Of a stretch of DNA of 64,000 bases, positions 14,401 to 26,181 are shown piece after piece (within the stretch, counting starts at the first letter, position 1; every line of letters starts with the position of its first letter). The translations under genes were made by a program, and so were the position numbers. The DNA comes from Nageia nagi (Eukaryota > Plantae > Pinophyta), in contig JBITNC010000001.1 of NCBI GenBank assembly GCA_050084985.1, forward strand, positions 169,384,001-169,448,000, given 5' to 3'. Below the pieces are notes generated by a model. That model worked only from the letters and a program-made list of their open reading frames with translations, had not been told where the DNA came from and did no database searches.

Positions 14401-14818
14401 TGCAAGGAAGGCTATTGTTGAACCGAATGTAGAGAAACATGTGGTCGACCTAGTTGCTGAAGAGGAGGTAGTTGTCAACTTGGTTTTGCAAAATCTTTAC
14501 TTCGACAAAGAAAGTTCTTAAAAGACTTACCACTTCTCCAACAAATAATACGATCAATGTGTGAGAGTTCTGAATCTTTGCACCACTTTTCATACAAGGG
14601 TCAAAGAACATTTCTACTAAGTTGAAGATCACATGCAAATTGGCAGTTGTTCAACTCCATTAATATTGGAGGAGTCTTTCGATGGGACCTTTTCTGTAAA
14701 GAGATCTTTTGAAAAATATTCTACAAAAGAGTAGGTCGATGTTGAAATTCAACCTATGCAAAGAGAGGAAATAAGAAATGGGATACAAAACCCTGTGCCC
14801 TTAATCTGTTGAAGAATT

Positions 14819-16232
14819 TGTAGTATTCTTAAAATATACTCAAGTGCAAATTAGCAAAATAATTATCAAATTATATCAAAATCTACCCTTAAGCATGCCA
14901 CGTTTGAACTAGGGCATCAAATTCATGCAAAAATAAGCCAGGAATGCCAACGACTCACTTCCGAGGCATTAGTGATACCAAATTGCCCAACGTTATGCAC
15001 TAGGGCCTTATACACAATGCCAAACTAGCTCAAGAATGCCAACGAATCACATATGCAAGCATAAACATACATAGTAGTCCAACATTGCACGCGTAGAAGC
15101 ATACACATCAAATATGGAGACAAATACTGAGTTCCAAGTATGCCATGACAATATTATTGATGAGCAAATGAGTACAATACTGAATTTGCCCAAATGGCTC
15201 AACATTTGCTGCCAAGGAGCCAACTAGGGCATACATTGAGCTGAGATAGACTCTGAAACTGAGGTAGAACAACCACCTTCTACTAGATCTATGGATGCCT
15301 CACTGAAGGGCTCCCTCACAAACTAGCTCCTAATGAAGAGAACAGGTGTGGTTCCGGAATGCCATCGAATGGATATAAAGATGAAGACCGCTTGTGGACA
15401 CCTCAGGGTAGTGCAACCTCACTCGCACGAACAACTCTTCAACCGTGTAAAACAGAAGGTGACCTATGCCTCTTACGCTCTCCTTGTACACTGTGCTCAA
15501 GGTTGCTTGACATCGCCAAGACTTTGGTAGCTTTAAAGAGAAGGGTTTCAATATCGAATTCAGTCTATCTCTGGATTGAGGCTCCTTAGCCTTATGTAGC
15601 TCATCGTTGGATCTGGATCTCACCTAGGAGTCTTTCCCAATCTCTCTAATCTCAATGTTGGCGTCCTAGAGGCCCAAGATATCCAACATGGGTGCGTAGG
15701 GGTCAAGCATGCTGAACGTGGATACCTAGGGGTCATTAATGCCAATGTGGGGATCCAAGGTGCCACGAATGCCTATGTGGGTGTCCAAGGTGCCACGCAT
15801 GCCAACGTGGGTGTCCAAGGTGCCATGCATGCCAACGTCGGAGTCCAAGGTGCCACGTGGGTCTAGGAGTCGTGTGGGTGCAAGGGGGTCATCATGGGCC
15901 AATGTGGGGGTCTAGGAGTCTCCTCATGTGTACAAGTACTTCCAAATCCAACGTTGGGCAAATAGGTGCTTATCCATGTTCTTGGTGCTAAACAGGCCTT
16001 GGGATTCCCACAATCATCTTTGGGATCTCCAAGTATATTAAAAGATAAATAAAATAACATATCCTAGCTTGGGAAGAAAACGTCCCTCATGGGGCTCACA
16101 AGTGGGTCCAATGGACCATTATAATTCTATCCCAAGGAATTAACAATAATTATGTGAGAAAGTAAATATTTACAAAAAGGGACTCCATAGGATTTCAAAA
16201 TTAATTAATTTTTACAAAAAGGGAATGTTACA
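14819..16232. mobile_element. Solo LTR, 1414 bp, with 5-bp TSD GAATT
   Basis: TGTAGT...GTTACA termini. GAATT at 14814-14818 and 16233-16237. Excision restores the PLE sequence. Confidence 0.92.
15650..15860. repeat. 30-bp tandem array inside the solo LTR
   Basis: Unit ATGCCAACGTGGGTGTCCAAGGTGCCACGC, about 7 copies, decaying leftwards. Confidence 0.9.
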
Positions 16233-19200
16233 GAATTCATGCTTCATCAATATGAAACCCTCTTCTTGACCTTCTCTAATCAGATTCCTCTTTATCTCAC
16301 TGACTATGGAGGTCTTTTTCTGATGAGGAGGATGAAAGGTGTTGGTATCTTTTTCTTTTCTCACCCAAAACATGCACAAGACTTGGAGGAAACAACGTTA
16401 CTTGTTTCTGCCTGAAAAGATTGGTGACCCCAAGCGCTCACATGGAATATGGTCTAGGGCATAGTGGATAGAGATGCATGTTGTTAACTGTATACAAGGG
16501 AAATACACACCGTCGGAGTTCTTTTCCACAACGAAGAAAGACTGCAAATGTGAATGAAAGCAAAGAAAGGTCACAAATATAGGGACAAACAGAGGGACAA
16601 GTGCATAGGAATATAAACAAAGATGAGCTTATGAAGACAAGTGTCTTGGTAGGTCATCTTCGGATTCATTAAGGAAAGTATACTCACTATCAAGCCAGGC
16701 AACAAATAGCAATATGTGTTCAAATCACTACCAGACGAGAGCACGAAGCTATAGGGTCTTGGTGGAAGACTCAGTGAAAAAAGGGTAAATGGAGTGAGGG
16801 TGTGAGTACAAAGACCTAACCAAATGGTATAGAGACAAGCTATGAGCCTTAGAATACATTCACTTGTGTGCAAACCATGCAATGACCAGCTTAAACTACT
16901 TTGTCAAATATTCAATAAGGAACTTTAAGAGGAAAACTTATTAAAACCAAATAACATGCATGATCCCACAAATGATAATCTCCATAACATTTGCTTTATA
17001 ATCTTACTCTTGAAAGAAATCCATTCATGATGATATTCAATGACATAATATGCATAGAACCCCTTATGCAATGGGATTTTGAAATCTTTCGAATGCAAAT
17101 TCACAAATATGCAAAACCTTTACAGATAGGTAATAGTACGCAAAAATGGCACATATGTTATGTTCTTCAGCTTTACAAATGTAAAAGTCCTCAATTTTTA
17201 CAAATGCAAAACCTTACATATGCAACAATCCAAACATACGTAAAAATCTTGTTACACGCATCCAAAATGTAGAAATCCTCAATTATAATAGGTGCAATAG
17301 TCTCAAAATTTCTCACATATGCAAAGATTCTATTACGTGCATCCAAATGCAAAAGTCCCAAATGCCAAAATCGCCTTCTACATGGCCTTGATGGGGTATA
17401 AATAGGCCATCAGAAGTGTTGCCCTAAAGGCATCAAATCCAATATGGTGTGCACTTCACATAAAATGATGCAAGTGGCATTTAAAAATTGATAAAATATA
17501 AATGCCACTACCAAAATGCATTTAATCAGATATGCAATAAATGTCTGACATCTAAATCGGTAGGAGCAAAATCTCATCCTTGCATCGATCAGAGTCATAA
17601 ATGAGTCTGATAGATTTGATCTGGTGGGAGCAAAACCTCATCCCTACACCAATCAAATCAAGTAAATAAAGTCTGACAAATAACAACCATAGTCAAATAT
17701 GCATTTAACAAGAGAAAGATTATCGTAGACAGAATCTGCAAATGGATCGGATCTAGGCTAGATCTGATATGGTACCGACGGAGTTCCACTCGTCATTGGT
17801 GAGATCGTACGACTTGATGGTCTCCTCCAAGAACACCACGATTTTTCTTACACCCTTGGAGATCATGCCAACGATGTTATCGTTCTATCAAAAATAGTCC
17901 CTAATCTGTCTGGATGTAGCTTGCATGTGGTATCTCCAAATGACCATTTGTCTCTTATGGACGATGGGATGCCCTGCCTTCAGCAAACTGAGGTCATCGA
18001 TGTCTAGATGCTCCTGGATCAAATTTTGTGCCCCTGCCAATACCGCCTCCTTCCTCACGCTGTTATCCTCCCCCTGGAACCTGAACTGGTAGACATGCGC
18101 TCATTTGCTCCTCGACCTCCTTCCTCAAGGGGATTTTGAGTTTCAAGACTGCATTGCACTTCTCAAGTGCATGCTTCAGCTAGTTGTGATGATATGTAAA
18201 CTCATGGCAGTAGACCAGTTTCTTGGGCTTGTTAGCGAAAACTTGCTGCAGGTGGGAGACGTTGGGGACGTAGCTGTCCAACTTGTCAAGGTGTGTTGTG
18301 ATTTGGGACTTAAGTCCCGAATTTCAATACCTTCGAGGAGGCTGTAAATTTGAGAAGACAACTTCTCAAAGGTCTCCATCATCTCCGTTTTCAACTGCTC
18401 CATCAACTCCCATCCTTTATGGAACGAGGTTTGCTTCCTCAGATCAAGAGGGGTGGTATTGATGTTTTGGAATTCCTTAATGATTTTCTTGTTGGCCATG
18501 AGCTCCTTCTTCAGCCTCTTCACCTCCTTTTTGGCTTCATAGTTCTCTTGTTCCATGATTGTAGCGTTCTGAGTTACTATGTGCTTGCGGGCTATCAATC
18601 CCAACTTTACAAGCATCTTAAACGTCTCAATCACATAGTCTTCTGCCCTCTGAGGATGCTTCTCCTTGGAATAGCAATGACTGATGGAGATCTTCTGGGA
18701 GGTAGAAACAAATGTATCAACTCTTCTAATCTTCTTACCAACGAAGAGCTCTTCTTCATCCTCAAAACGTAGATCCTAATCTATCTCCTCATCATGAGCC
18801 GTACTTGTACTGAGGGCTCTAAGGCAGACATCTAGGTCAAGGTTTGGATGTTCGCTTGCTGGTTGGGGAGGAAGCCTCTTCACCAACAATCGGCCTTTGC
18901 TAACCTTATTGACCTCTTTAGTCAGAGTAGTCTGAACAAGGGCAATTTCCTTACCTTGGTGTTCGTCCTGCTTTCTCTTCTTTTTTTGCTCCTCGGTCTC
19001 CACTTCGTCTTTTTCATCTCCTCCATCAACACCAATGGATATGCCTTTCTTTCGTGGTTGAGGGGATCTCTCATGGTTGGTCCTCTTCACAGAGGGTTTC
19101 TGGAAGACAAAGGCGACCTCTTTCTATGCGTGGCAGGAGAGGGCTTGGAGGCACCCACCTCTTTGGGACACTTTACTCCAACAATCTGGACCTCATCATC

Positions 19201-19939
19201 ATAGGTCCCGACGTCCACAATCTCATCATCATCTGGGAGAGTTTCAATCTTCGTTTCATTAGGTGCGGAAGCACCTACAGTTACATCATCTTGCTTAGGG
19301 TACTGCTCATCAACAACAACATCATCATCATCTTCTTCTTCTTCCTCACCACGACTCTCATCATCACTTTCTTGGCTCTTTGTCTCTTCTTTGGTGCCTT
19401 CTACTGTACGACCGGGTTCCTCATCAGTCTTTTCATCAGAAGAAGTGGAATGCTTGGAAGAACTGGAACTTGGTTGCAGTTGGGTAACCTTTTGTCCACA
19501 TCCAGGAGGACGAATGGGTCTGGAAGGAATCTCTTATGTGGGTGAATCATCGGCACAGGCCTCCTCCAGCATGCTTAAGGGGATAGTGCGATAGCCAGCA
19601 TTTCTCAAATCGGCCATCACTACACTGCGTTTGCTAGGTCCTGTTGTGCCTTACACAACTCGCCCCTTAAATTTTGCAATTTCAGGGACCCTTGACAATT
19701 TGAAGCCTTGAATGTCAAGTCAAAACCATTCCCCCTCATCTCTAGTAAATTTGAAATTAAGCCCATAACCTTGATATTGAAGTGCAATCGCCTATCCAGC
19801 CCTAGCCATCTCAAACCATATAGTAAAACCCTCGTAAATCGACTAAGTCTGGCCTAGTGTAGATTAGGTCTAGGTGGTATACAGAAGTCCAAGTCAAGAT
19901 TCAAGCCGAAATGAACGGACTCAGGCTTCTCCCAGGCTT

Positions 19940-20900
19940 GGCGCATGCTCCAGGAAGACAAGATTGTGTCTTTTTGGGATGTGCACCTAGCCTGGAAGGA
20001 AGCCTGGCTTCGAAATTAAGTCCCAAAATGCAAACTGGGCCACTCCTTGACCCAACACATGCCATGAAAAGACAAAATCTTGTCTTTTTGGGACATGTGC
20101 CAGGACAAGAAGGATCTTAGGACAAATCAAGCCTGGAAAAGGACAAGTTAGTGCTTGAGAAGGCTGGTGCGGGCCTCAAAAAGACAAAATCTTGTCTTTT
20201 TGGAGCATGCGCCCAAGCTCGAAGGTTGCTTGGGAAGATTTGGAGCCCAGAAAGAAGAAATACACTCACCTAAGGGGCTTGCGCATGCCTCGAAAAGACA
20301 CAATCTTGTCTTTTTGGAGCATGCGCCTAGCCTAGGAAGCCCCCCAGATGGGATGAAATGGAGAATTTGGCTAAGGCACGGAGTTTTGAAGCGTGGAACA
20401 CAATCTAGCATGGCTAGAGGGATTGGCGCATGCCTCCAAAAGACAAAAACAAGACTTTTTGGAGCATGCGCGCTTGGGAAAGCACCAGGGCAGAGCAAGT
20501 ATGGGAAAATGACTAAGTCCAAGGATCAGGAGGCCAAAACAAAGCAAATCTGACCATTTTCAACCTAGCGCATGCCACAGGAAGACAAGATTGTGAATTT
20601 TGGGAGTATGCGCCTAGATTGGGGAAGCTGAAGAATTTGGAGGGAGTTTCAAAAAGACAAGATCCTGTCTTTTGAAACCATGCGCCAGGTTTGGGAGGGA
20701 CCCTGGGTCAAGTTAGGAGGTGAAAATGAGCAAGTCGAACCCCAAAGAATTAAGCACCAAGCGAAATCAGGCTCAGGACGGTGCTCTAGGGTCAAGTTGG
20801 ATGAGCAGGAACACTAGGAAGGCCAATGTTGGGAATGCAGCCACCCCAGGGGTTGGCGCATGCCTCAAAAAGACAAAACCTTGTCTTTTGGGAGCATGTG
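19940..20900. repeat. Dispersed array of about 8 palindromes of ~45 bp in the LTR 5' region
   Basis: Consensus GCGCATGCCTC-AAAAGACAA-AATC-TTGTCTTTT-TGGAGCATGCGC near 19941, 20057, 20169, 20281, 20427, 20568, 20650 and 20857. Confidence 0.92.
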
Positions 20901-21056
20901 GTAGGCCAAAAGAACCTCTAAAATCCTGACAATTGGTCCCGGATGGTCAGGAATAGGGTTTCAAAAGGGCACACATCTCGAGGTCAGCCACTTCAATGGT
21001 TGAGATGTCTTCCTCCAAAACCTAGCTGACTAGGGTTTTCAAAATGCCCACATCAG

Positions 21057-21066
21057 CTATAAATAT
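21057..21066 (+). promoter_or_regulatory. TATA box of the long LTR
   Basis: CTATAAATAT lies between the palindrome array and the ATG at 21251. An equivalent TATAAAAAGG is on the minus strand at ~29270 in the host element. Confidence 0.6.
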
Positions 21067-21250
21067 CAACTTGGGGATCTCATTTCCCCAAATTCAAATC
21101 GCACTCCTCTTTTACACTTGCTTGGGAGGCTTGGGAGGCTTGCGCAAGAGATATAGGAGATTAGGAGGAAGACGTGGGGGTTGTAGGCTTTTCCCAAAAA
21201 AAAAAAGCAACACATCACCCTGGAAGATCCCCGTCATTTGTCAGGGCATC

Positions 21251-24200
21251 ATGACTAGTTCCAAAAGCAATTCAGCCAAGGATTATGCACGAGATCTGGA
21301 ATACATCAAGCAAGAATGCCTCATCACCATATGTGAGAGACAAGAACCCTTGCCCCAGGGGGCTAAATTCTCCAAAAACGGGTTGGCCACTATTGGGGAC
21401 ACAGACTGGCAGAAGGTGGATCCGATGCAGATGAGGGAGAAGATCAAGAACAAACCCATCGGTGAGTTGAAACTAGACATTGTCTTCTTCTTCGAGCTCT
21501 TGACTTGTACATTCATCCCATTCACAGCTCCGTTCCCAGAGTTGTGTTTGGAAGTTGGCCAGCATTGGAAGATGGGTGAGAGAGTGCTCCGAGACATCAA
21601 GGGCAACGTCATGATGGACTTCAGCCCTGAAGGCATTAAGAAGGCATTCCAGTGGACGGTGGAAGGCAACTTTGAATACACAGAAGAGGAGTCGTTGGCA
21701 TGCTATCGGGACACCAACAGGGCAGCCGAAGCAATCAAGAGTTGGATGTTCGAGGAGCACCATGGTTTGAAGGGTAATGCACTTATCAATGCCCCTTGCT
21801 CCCACTTCTGCTCTTCTATTGAATTGGTGATCCTCATGTTTTCAAGAGTTCTTGGGAAGGAGTGTTAGAATTTATAATGAAATATTGTGAATATCTAAAC
21901 TCCTTGTAAATTCAATTAATCACTTAAAGGATATGTAGATACCTTAAGGGATTAATTGAATTCTTTATTATGTGTGGACTTTGACCTTACCATGGGGTTA
22001 GTTGGTAGGTTAAAGTTAGGTCATACATTTATTGTAACCCTAACCTTACCCTTGGGTTAAAGGGAGGTTAGGGAGGTGCTCTCAAGCTATAAATAGAAGG
22101 CCTCTCCTCTTGTAACATAACTAAGTTTTTGGAGTAAGATTACTCTACTAGTTTGTGTAGGAGAGGAAGAGAATTGTAGTAAGAGGTGCATAGATTGAGA
22201 ATTGAGAACTAGTTGTGGATGTACTCCCAAGGAGGAAGGAATCACATTATATTTGTGTTATCTTGTGTGAATGGTGTTATTAGTTTGTAGATGTATGATT
22301 GAGTTTCCTATAGTCTTGGACCTTGAGGATTAGAGTAGGTCTAATTCCTTCAAGGAGGATGCATCCAAGCTCCGAAAGGAGTTCTTTGGCTTCATTGTGG
22401 AGATAGCTCGGGGAAAGAAGATCAAGTGGAGCAAAGTGTTAAGTGACAGTATCATGGACCAATTGTCATCATTAGGAACCACACACGAGTTCTACCTCAA
22501 CTCCTACCTAGTATAACTATTACTGCATGGCCAACAGAGGCCCACAACTTGAGGAGAGGCGGACTTGATCACAAAGGGAACATACGCAGTGTGGAATTGC
22601 TATCCTAAATGGAAGATTGAGAGAAGATGGGAAGACTTCATGATGAGGAGTGATGGATGGGAGTACGAAGTTTACAAGGAGCTTAAGGGAGAGATTACTA
22701 TTGCTAGGATCTCCAACGCAGCCCAGGATGCGTTGAGAAGACATGGAGACTTCTTCACCCACCACCAACACTACTCTTACATCCGTCTCTATGGGTCGGC
22801 CGTGGAGCCTTATCAACTGCCTTGGTACGTAAGCAATCAGATGTTTCTGATGGAGATGACGAGGTAGTTAGTCTACTTGCATGAACATGTTTAGCAAAAG
22901 AAGTTGGCCACTTCCGATCTACCGATTATAGTTGGGGAGTATCAGTGTAGAGCTTGGGCGGATGTGACTTCCATGATGGAGGAGTTGGCGAAGTACAACT
23001 TCCCGAAGATACCGATCGCCAATCATTATGACCCTCAACATTGGATTCACGATTTTTACATGAAGGAGAGGAAGAGAGCTTACGAGCATAGACCACTTAG
23101 AGATGAAGAGCCATTCTGGAACATCAATGCCAAAGTGTAAGTGAAGAAGATCTACGCCAAGATGCAAGAAGAGGCTCAGAGGCAACAACTGGAGGTAGAG
23201 GCTTCAATTCACAAGAAGTTGTCTCAATCTCGGGGCAAGAAACCACATGGGTCTACTTCCAGGGTCACTCAGTTTACACCAATGATTGGAGAACTTGTTG
23301 GACAATATGCCTCCATGCATGGGAAGGCCCAAGTTGAGTAGGTAGCACATTAGGTTAGGGAGATGGTTGATGAACATGACGTGAGGGAGTTGGAGCATTT
23401 GGCCATCGATAAGGTGGTGAGATGTGTGAGGAACCAAAGATCGGATCCGACTCCGCCCCAGAGGCCAGCAAGGATAGCAGTAACGCATCCATCCTCAACC
23501 ATTCCATGATCAAGATCAGAATCCTCAGGACCCCAATAGGAAGACCATGGCACCCCTCATGGAGAACAAACAGATAGACAGGAAAATGGTGACTAACAAA
23601 GCATGCTTGAGGAAGGGGAATATGAAAGTATTCCGCAAGACGAGTCAGAGGAAGGGTCAGGAGATGAACACGAAGCCAGTAACGTTCCAGAAAGAGATAT
23701 ACAAGATGCATAGGGTGAGGAAGAACCATCAGTGGAGATCTTGAACGACACCCATAATCATGCCACCTCAGAGCCATCAACCTCCCAAAGGAAGGATAAA
23801 GACCTCGCTCCGTAGTCAATGCTGAGGATAACCCAATTGAAGAGAGGATCCCAGTCCAAGTTGTCGGTAACACCAGGGGAAACTGCAGGGCAAGGTGAGA
23901 GGCCTTTGAAGAAGATTTGGAACAATGCAGACGTTTCAGAAGTAGTTGTTGAGACCCATCAGCCTCCATCCAATGTTGAGTGGGGAGTAGACATAGATGA
24001 GTGTCTTGATGTTTTCAACATGGACGTGGGAGAAGAATTCAGACCTAGAGGGATAGGAGATCAGGTTGGAGAGAGTTCCACTCGCTTGGGGAAGAGTCAG
24101 ACCTACTTACATATGACAAAAAATGCAATGTGCATCAAGACCATAGTGGCAGACAAGGACAACCCCTAGGGTCTTGGAGACTCGAGGCAAATAAATTAGA

Positions 24201-25053
24201 TCATCAACACGAGCCCAATTGGTGTGACTGGCAGAAAGCATGCTATTATTTCGAATACTAAGGCAATAGCCAAGGATGGGTTGTTGAAGGAAAAAGAGAT
24301 AAAGAGCTTGACGAAGGAGTTGGTAGCCCAGAGGAGATTGACTCATGAGTTAGAGTCCACCAAAGAACCCACAAATGAACTCAAGAAGGTAAGACCTCTC
24401 AAAGAAGGAATGATTGTTGTGAAACAAGAGGTGATAGAAGAGGCCTTAGCAGTATTGAGACGATTCATCGATACCCTCCACCAAATCTCGTTCGCAGAGG
24501 AGCAACTGAGGTATATTGTCATCGAAAGGGTCAGGCTACTCAGGATCTTAGACTCCTAGAAACCCATGATACTAAGATACGAGGCAATGCATACTCAGAG
24601 ACTCGAGGACAGTTTTGTGAGGGCTATTGGTTCTATTTGGGTGTAAATAGCCAGGTACATACCCGTTTCCAGGAGACGAATCAAGGGGTGACCGTATTTA
24701 ATGACAAGGTCCATGCATGTATGGAACGGATGGACTTTCAGGTACAATTCTTGGAGGAAGACGCCACCATTCGAGAAGCAGATGAGGTAGTGGCTGAGGT
24801 CAAAAACCTTCTCCTTAGCCTAATGATGACAGAAGATGTGAACTCCTACCAAACAGGGAGTCACTTGAGGAATATGCTGCGGGCCCAAACATGGAAGGAC
24901 GAAATGCAAAGAATGGTGAATGAGGCCAAGCAGAGCATGACTTCCATTAGACCAAAGTTCTCAGAGATGTTGAGTGGGGTGGAGCACATGACAGAGTTCC
25001 TGGTAGTTGGGTTCGAAGACCGAGTTGTGGGCTTGGGCCCACCATTAGCTTAG
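21251..25053 (+). pseudogene. LTR-embedded accessory ORF, ~1100 codons after removing the solo LTR; homologue of the ORF at 17753-29120
   Basis: MTSSKSNS...PFPELCLEV...MDFSPEGIKKAFQW...MFSRVLGKE|DASKLRKEFFGFIVEIARGKKIKWSKVLSDSIMDQL...FYLNSYLV...LPIIVGEYQCRAW...HYDPQH. The frame is restored by excising 21863-22357; scattered stops remain. Confidence 0.8.
21863..22352 (+). mobile_element. Solo LTR, 490 bp, copia-type, TSD AGGAG
   Basis: TGTTAG...CCTTCA termini, AGGAG on both sides, CTATAAATAG inside. Same family as 3888-4388. Confidence 0.95.
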
Positions 25054-26164
25054 TCATTTTTATTTTCAGTTGTCTTAGTTTCGCATCTTCCAGCTGGACA
25101 TTCTAATGTTATTTTATTCCCAAACTCATGAAGGATGAGGATTTGCTCCCACGAGTTTGGAAGAGAATTTGTAATGCCATGTGGCAATTTTTCATTTGAC
25201 CGCCTATTATTTCGTGAATTAGGGTTAGGGCAACATTGTTGGTTGCTCCTAACATTATTTAATACCCCATTTTGACTCATTTAGGGGGATTGGACATTTA
25301 GCATCTTAATACAACTTTGCTGTGCCAAATTGTTCTTAAGTGTTGAAAGTGGTGTATGTGGATGTTATTGTGATGATATACTTGTTCATGTTGCAATAGT
25401 GGATGTGAATGAATGCTAGATAGTGTTATATGTTTTCCTTCTGTCATTACTTGCTGTTAGCTCAATTTACTTGGTGCATTTCATAAACTTCACTGGAGTG
25501 GATGAGAGGTGGTTTGCATATCTTGAGAAGTAATTGACTGATATCTTGTGGGTGGCATTTCACTATTGGTAGTATTGGTTTGATGATCTTGGGATGTGTC
25601 ATTGATGTTATTCGCCGCGGGGACTTCACCCGAGCCCTTTAGTCCCACCTTGGTCCTGTCTTATCTCACCGCCTTAACTTCACGCTTTGTTCACCCAGCT
25701 ATTCGTGTTGTTGGTTGGTGGACTAGATAGTGGGTGCTTGGAACCTGCATTGAACCCAAGTGAGTCGACTTCCAAGAGTCTTTATCAAGCCCATGAATTA
25801 GCGTGTCTACTCTTGCATCCCGTTCCCACACTCTTTCCACCATTTTATCTTTCTTTATTTTCTTCTATTTTTCACTTTCTTTTTGTGACTTTCGCACCCA
25901 ATTTCCCTTTCAACACTCAAGAAGCGGCCTTGGTGAAGCCCAAACACAGAATAATTCGAGTCCCTTGAATCCACACATGATAGTCATGTTGGTGGCAGCT
26001 TTAAACATTTCAACCGTCCCCTGACTTGTTCTTGCATAACCCACGAAGCCAAACCTTTGGGGTAAACAGTCCCCATAGCGGGAGGGAGTAACGGCCCTCC
26101 ACCTGAGATGTTGGCGCTTTTCCCGCTACTTTAGGGTAGGAGAGAAAAACCCCCCAACATTAAT

Positions 26165-26181
26165 TGGTGCTAGAAGGAGGG
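26165..26181 (+). other. Primer-binding site (Tat-type TGGTGCTAGAAGGAGGG)
   Basis: Begins 5 nt after the LTR end CAACA (26159) and starts with TGG. Resembles the TGGCGCTAGAAGGAGG PBS seen in Tat-lineage elements. Confidence 0.75.

Larger units (their letters stand above)
13513..16339 (-). mobile_element. Penelope-like element, long arm, 3' part (RT thumb, 27-bp repeats, pLTR), split by a solo LTR
   Basis: Reverse-complement match to 34260-35666. 13513-14818 and 16238-16339 become contiguous once 14819-16237 is removed. Confidence 0.88.

Noticed and set aside
18350-19545. Hydrophobic + strand ORFs resembling membrane proteins
   Set aside because: They are antisense shadows of the acidic and Lys/Glu-rich part of the minus-strand LTR ORF.
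19940-20900. CRISPR-like array (palindromic repeats with unique spacers)
   Set aside because: Eukaryotic LTR context, degenerate repeats, long and irregular spacers, and no cas genes.
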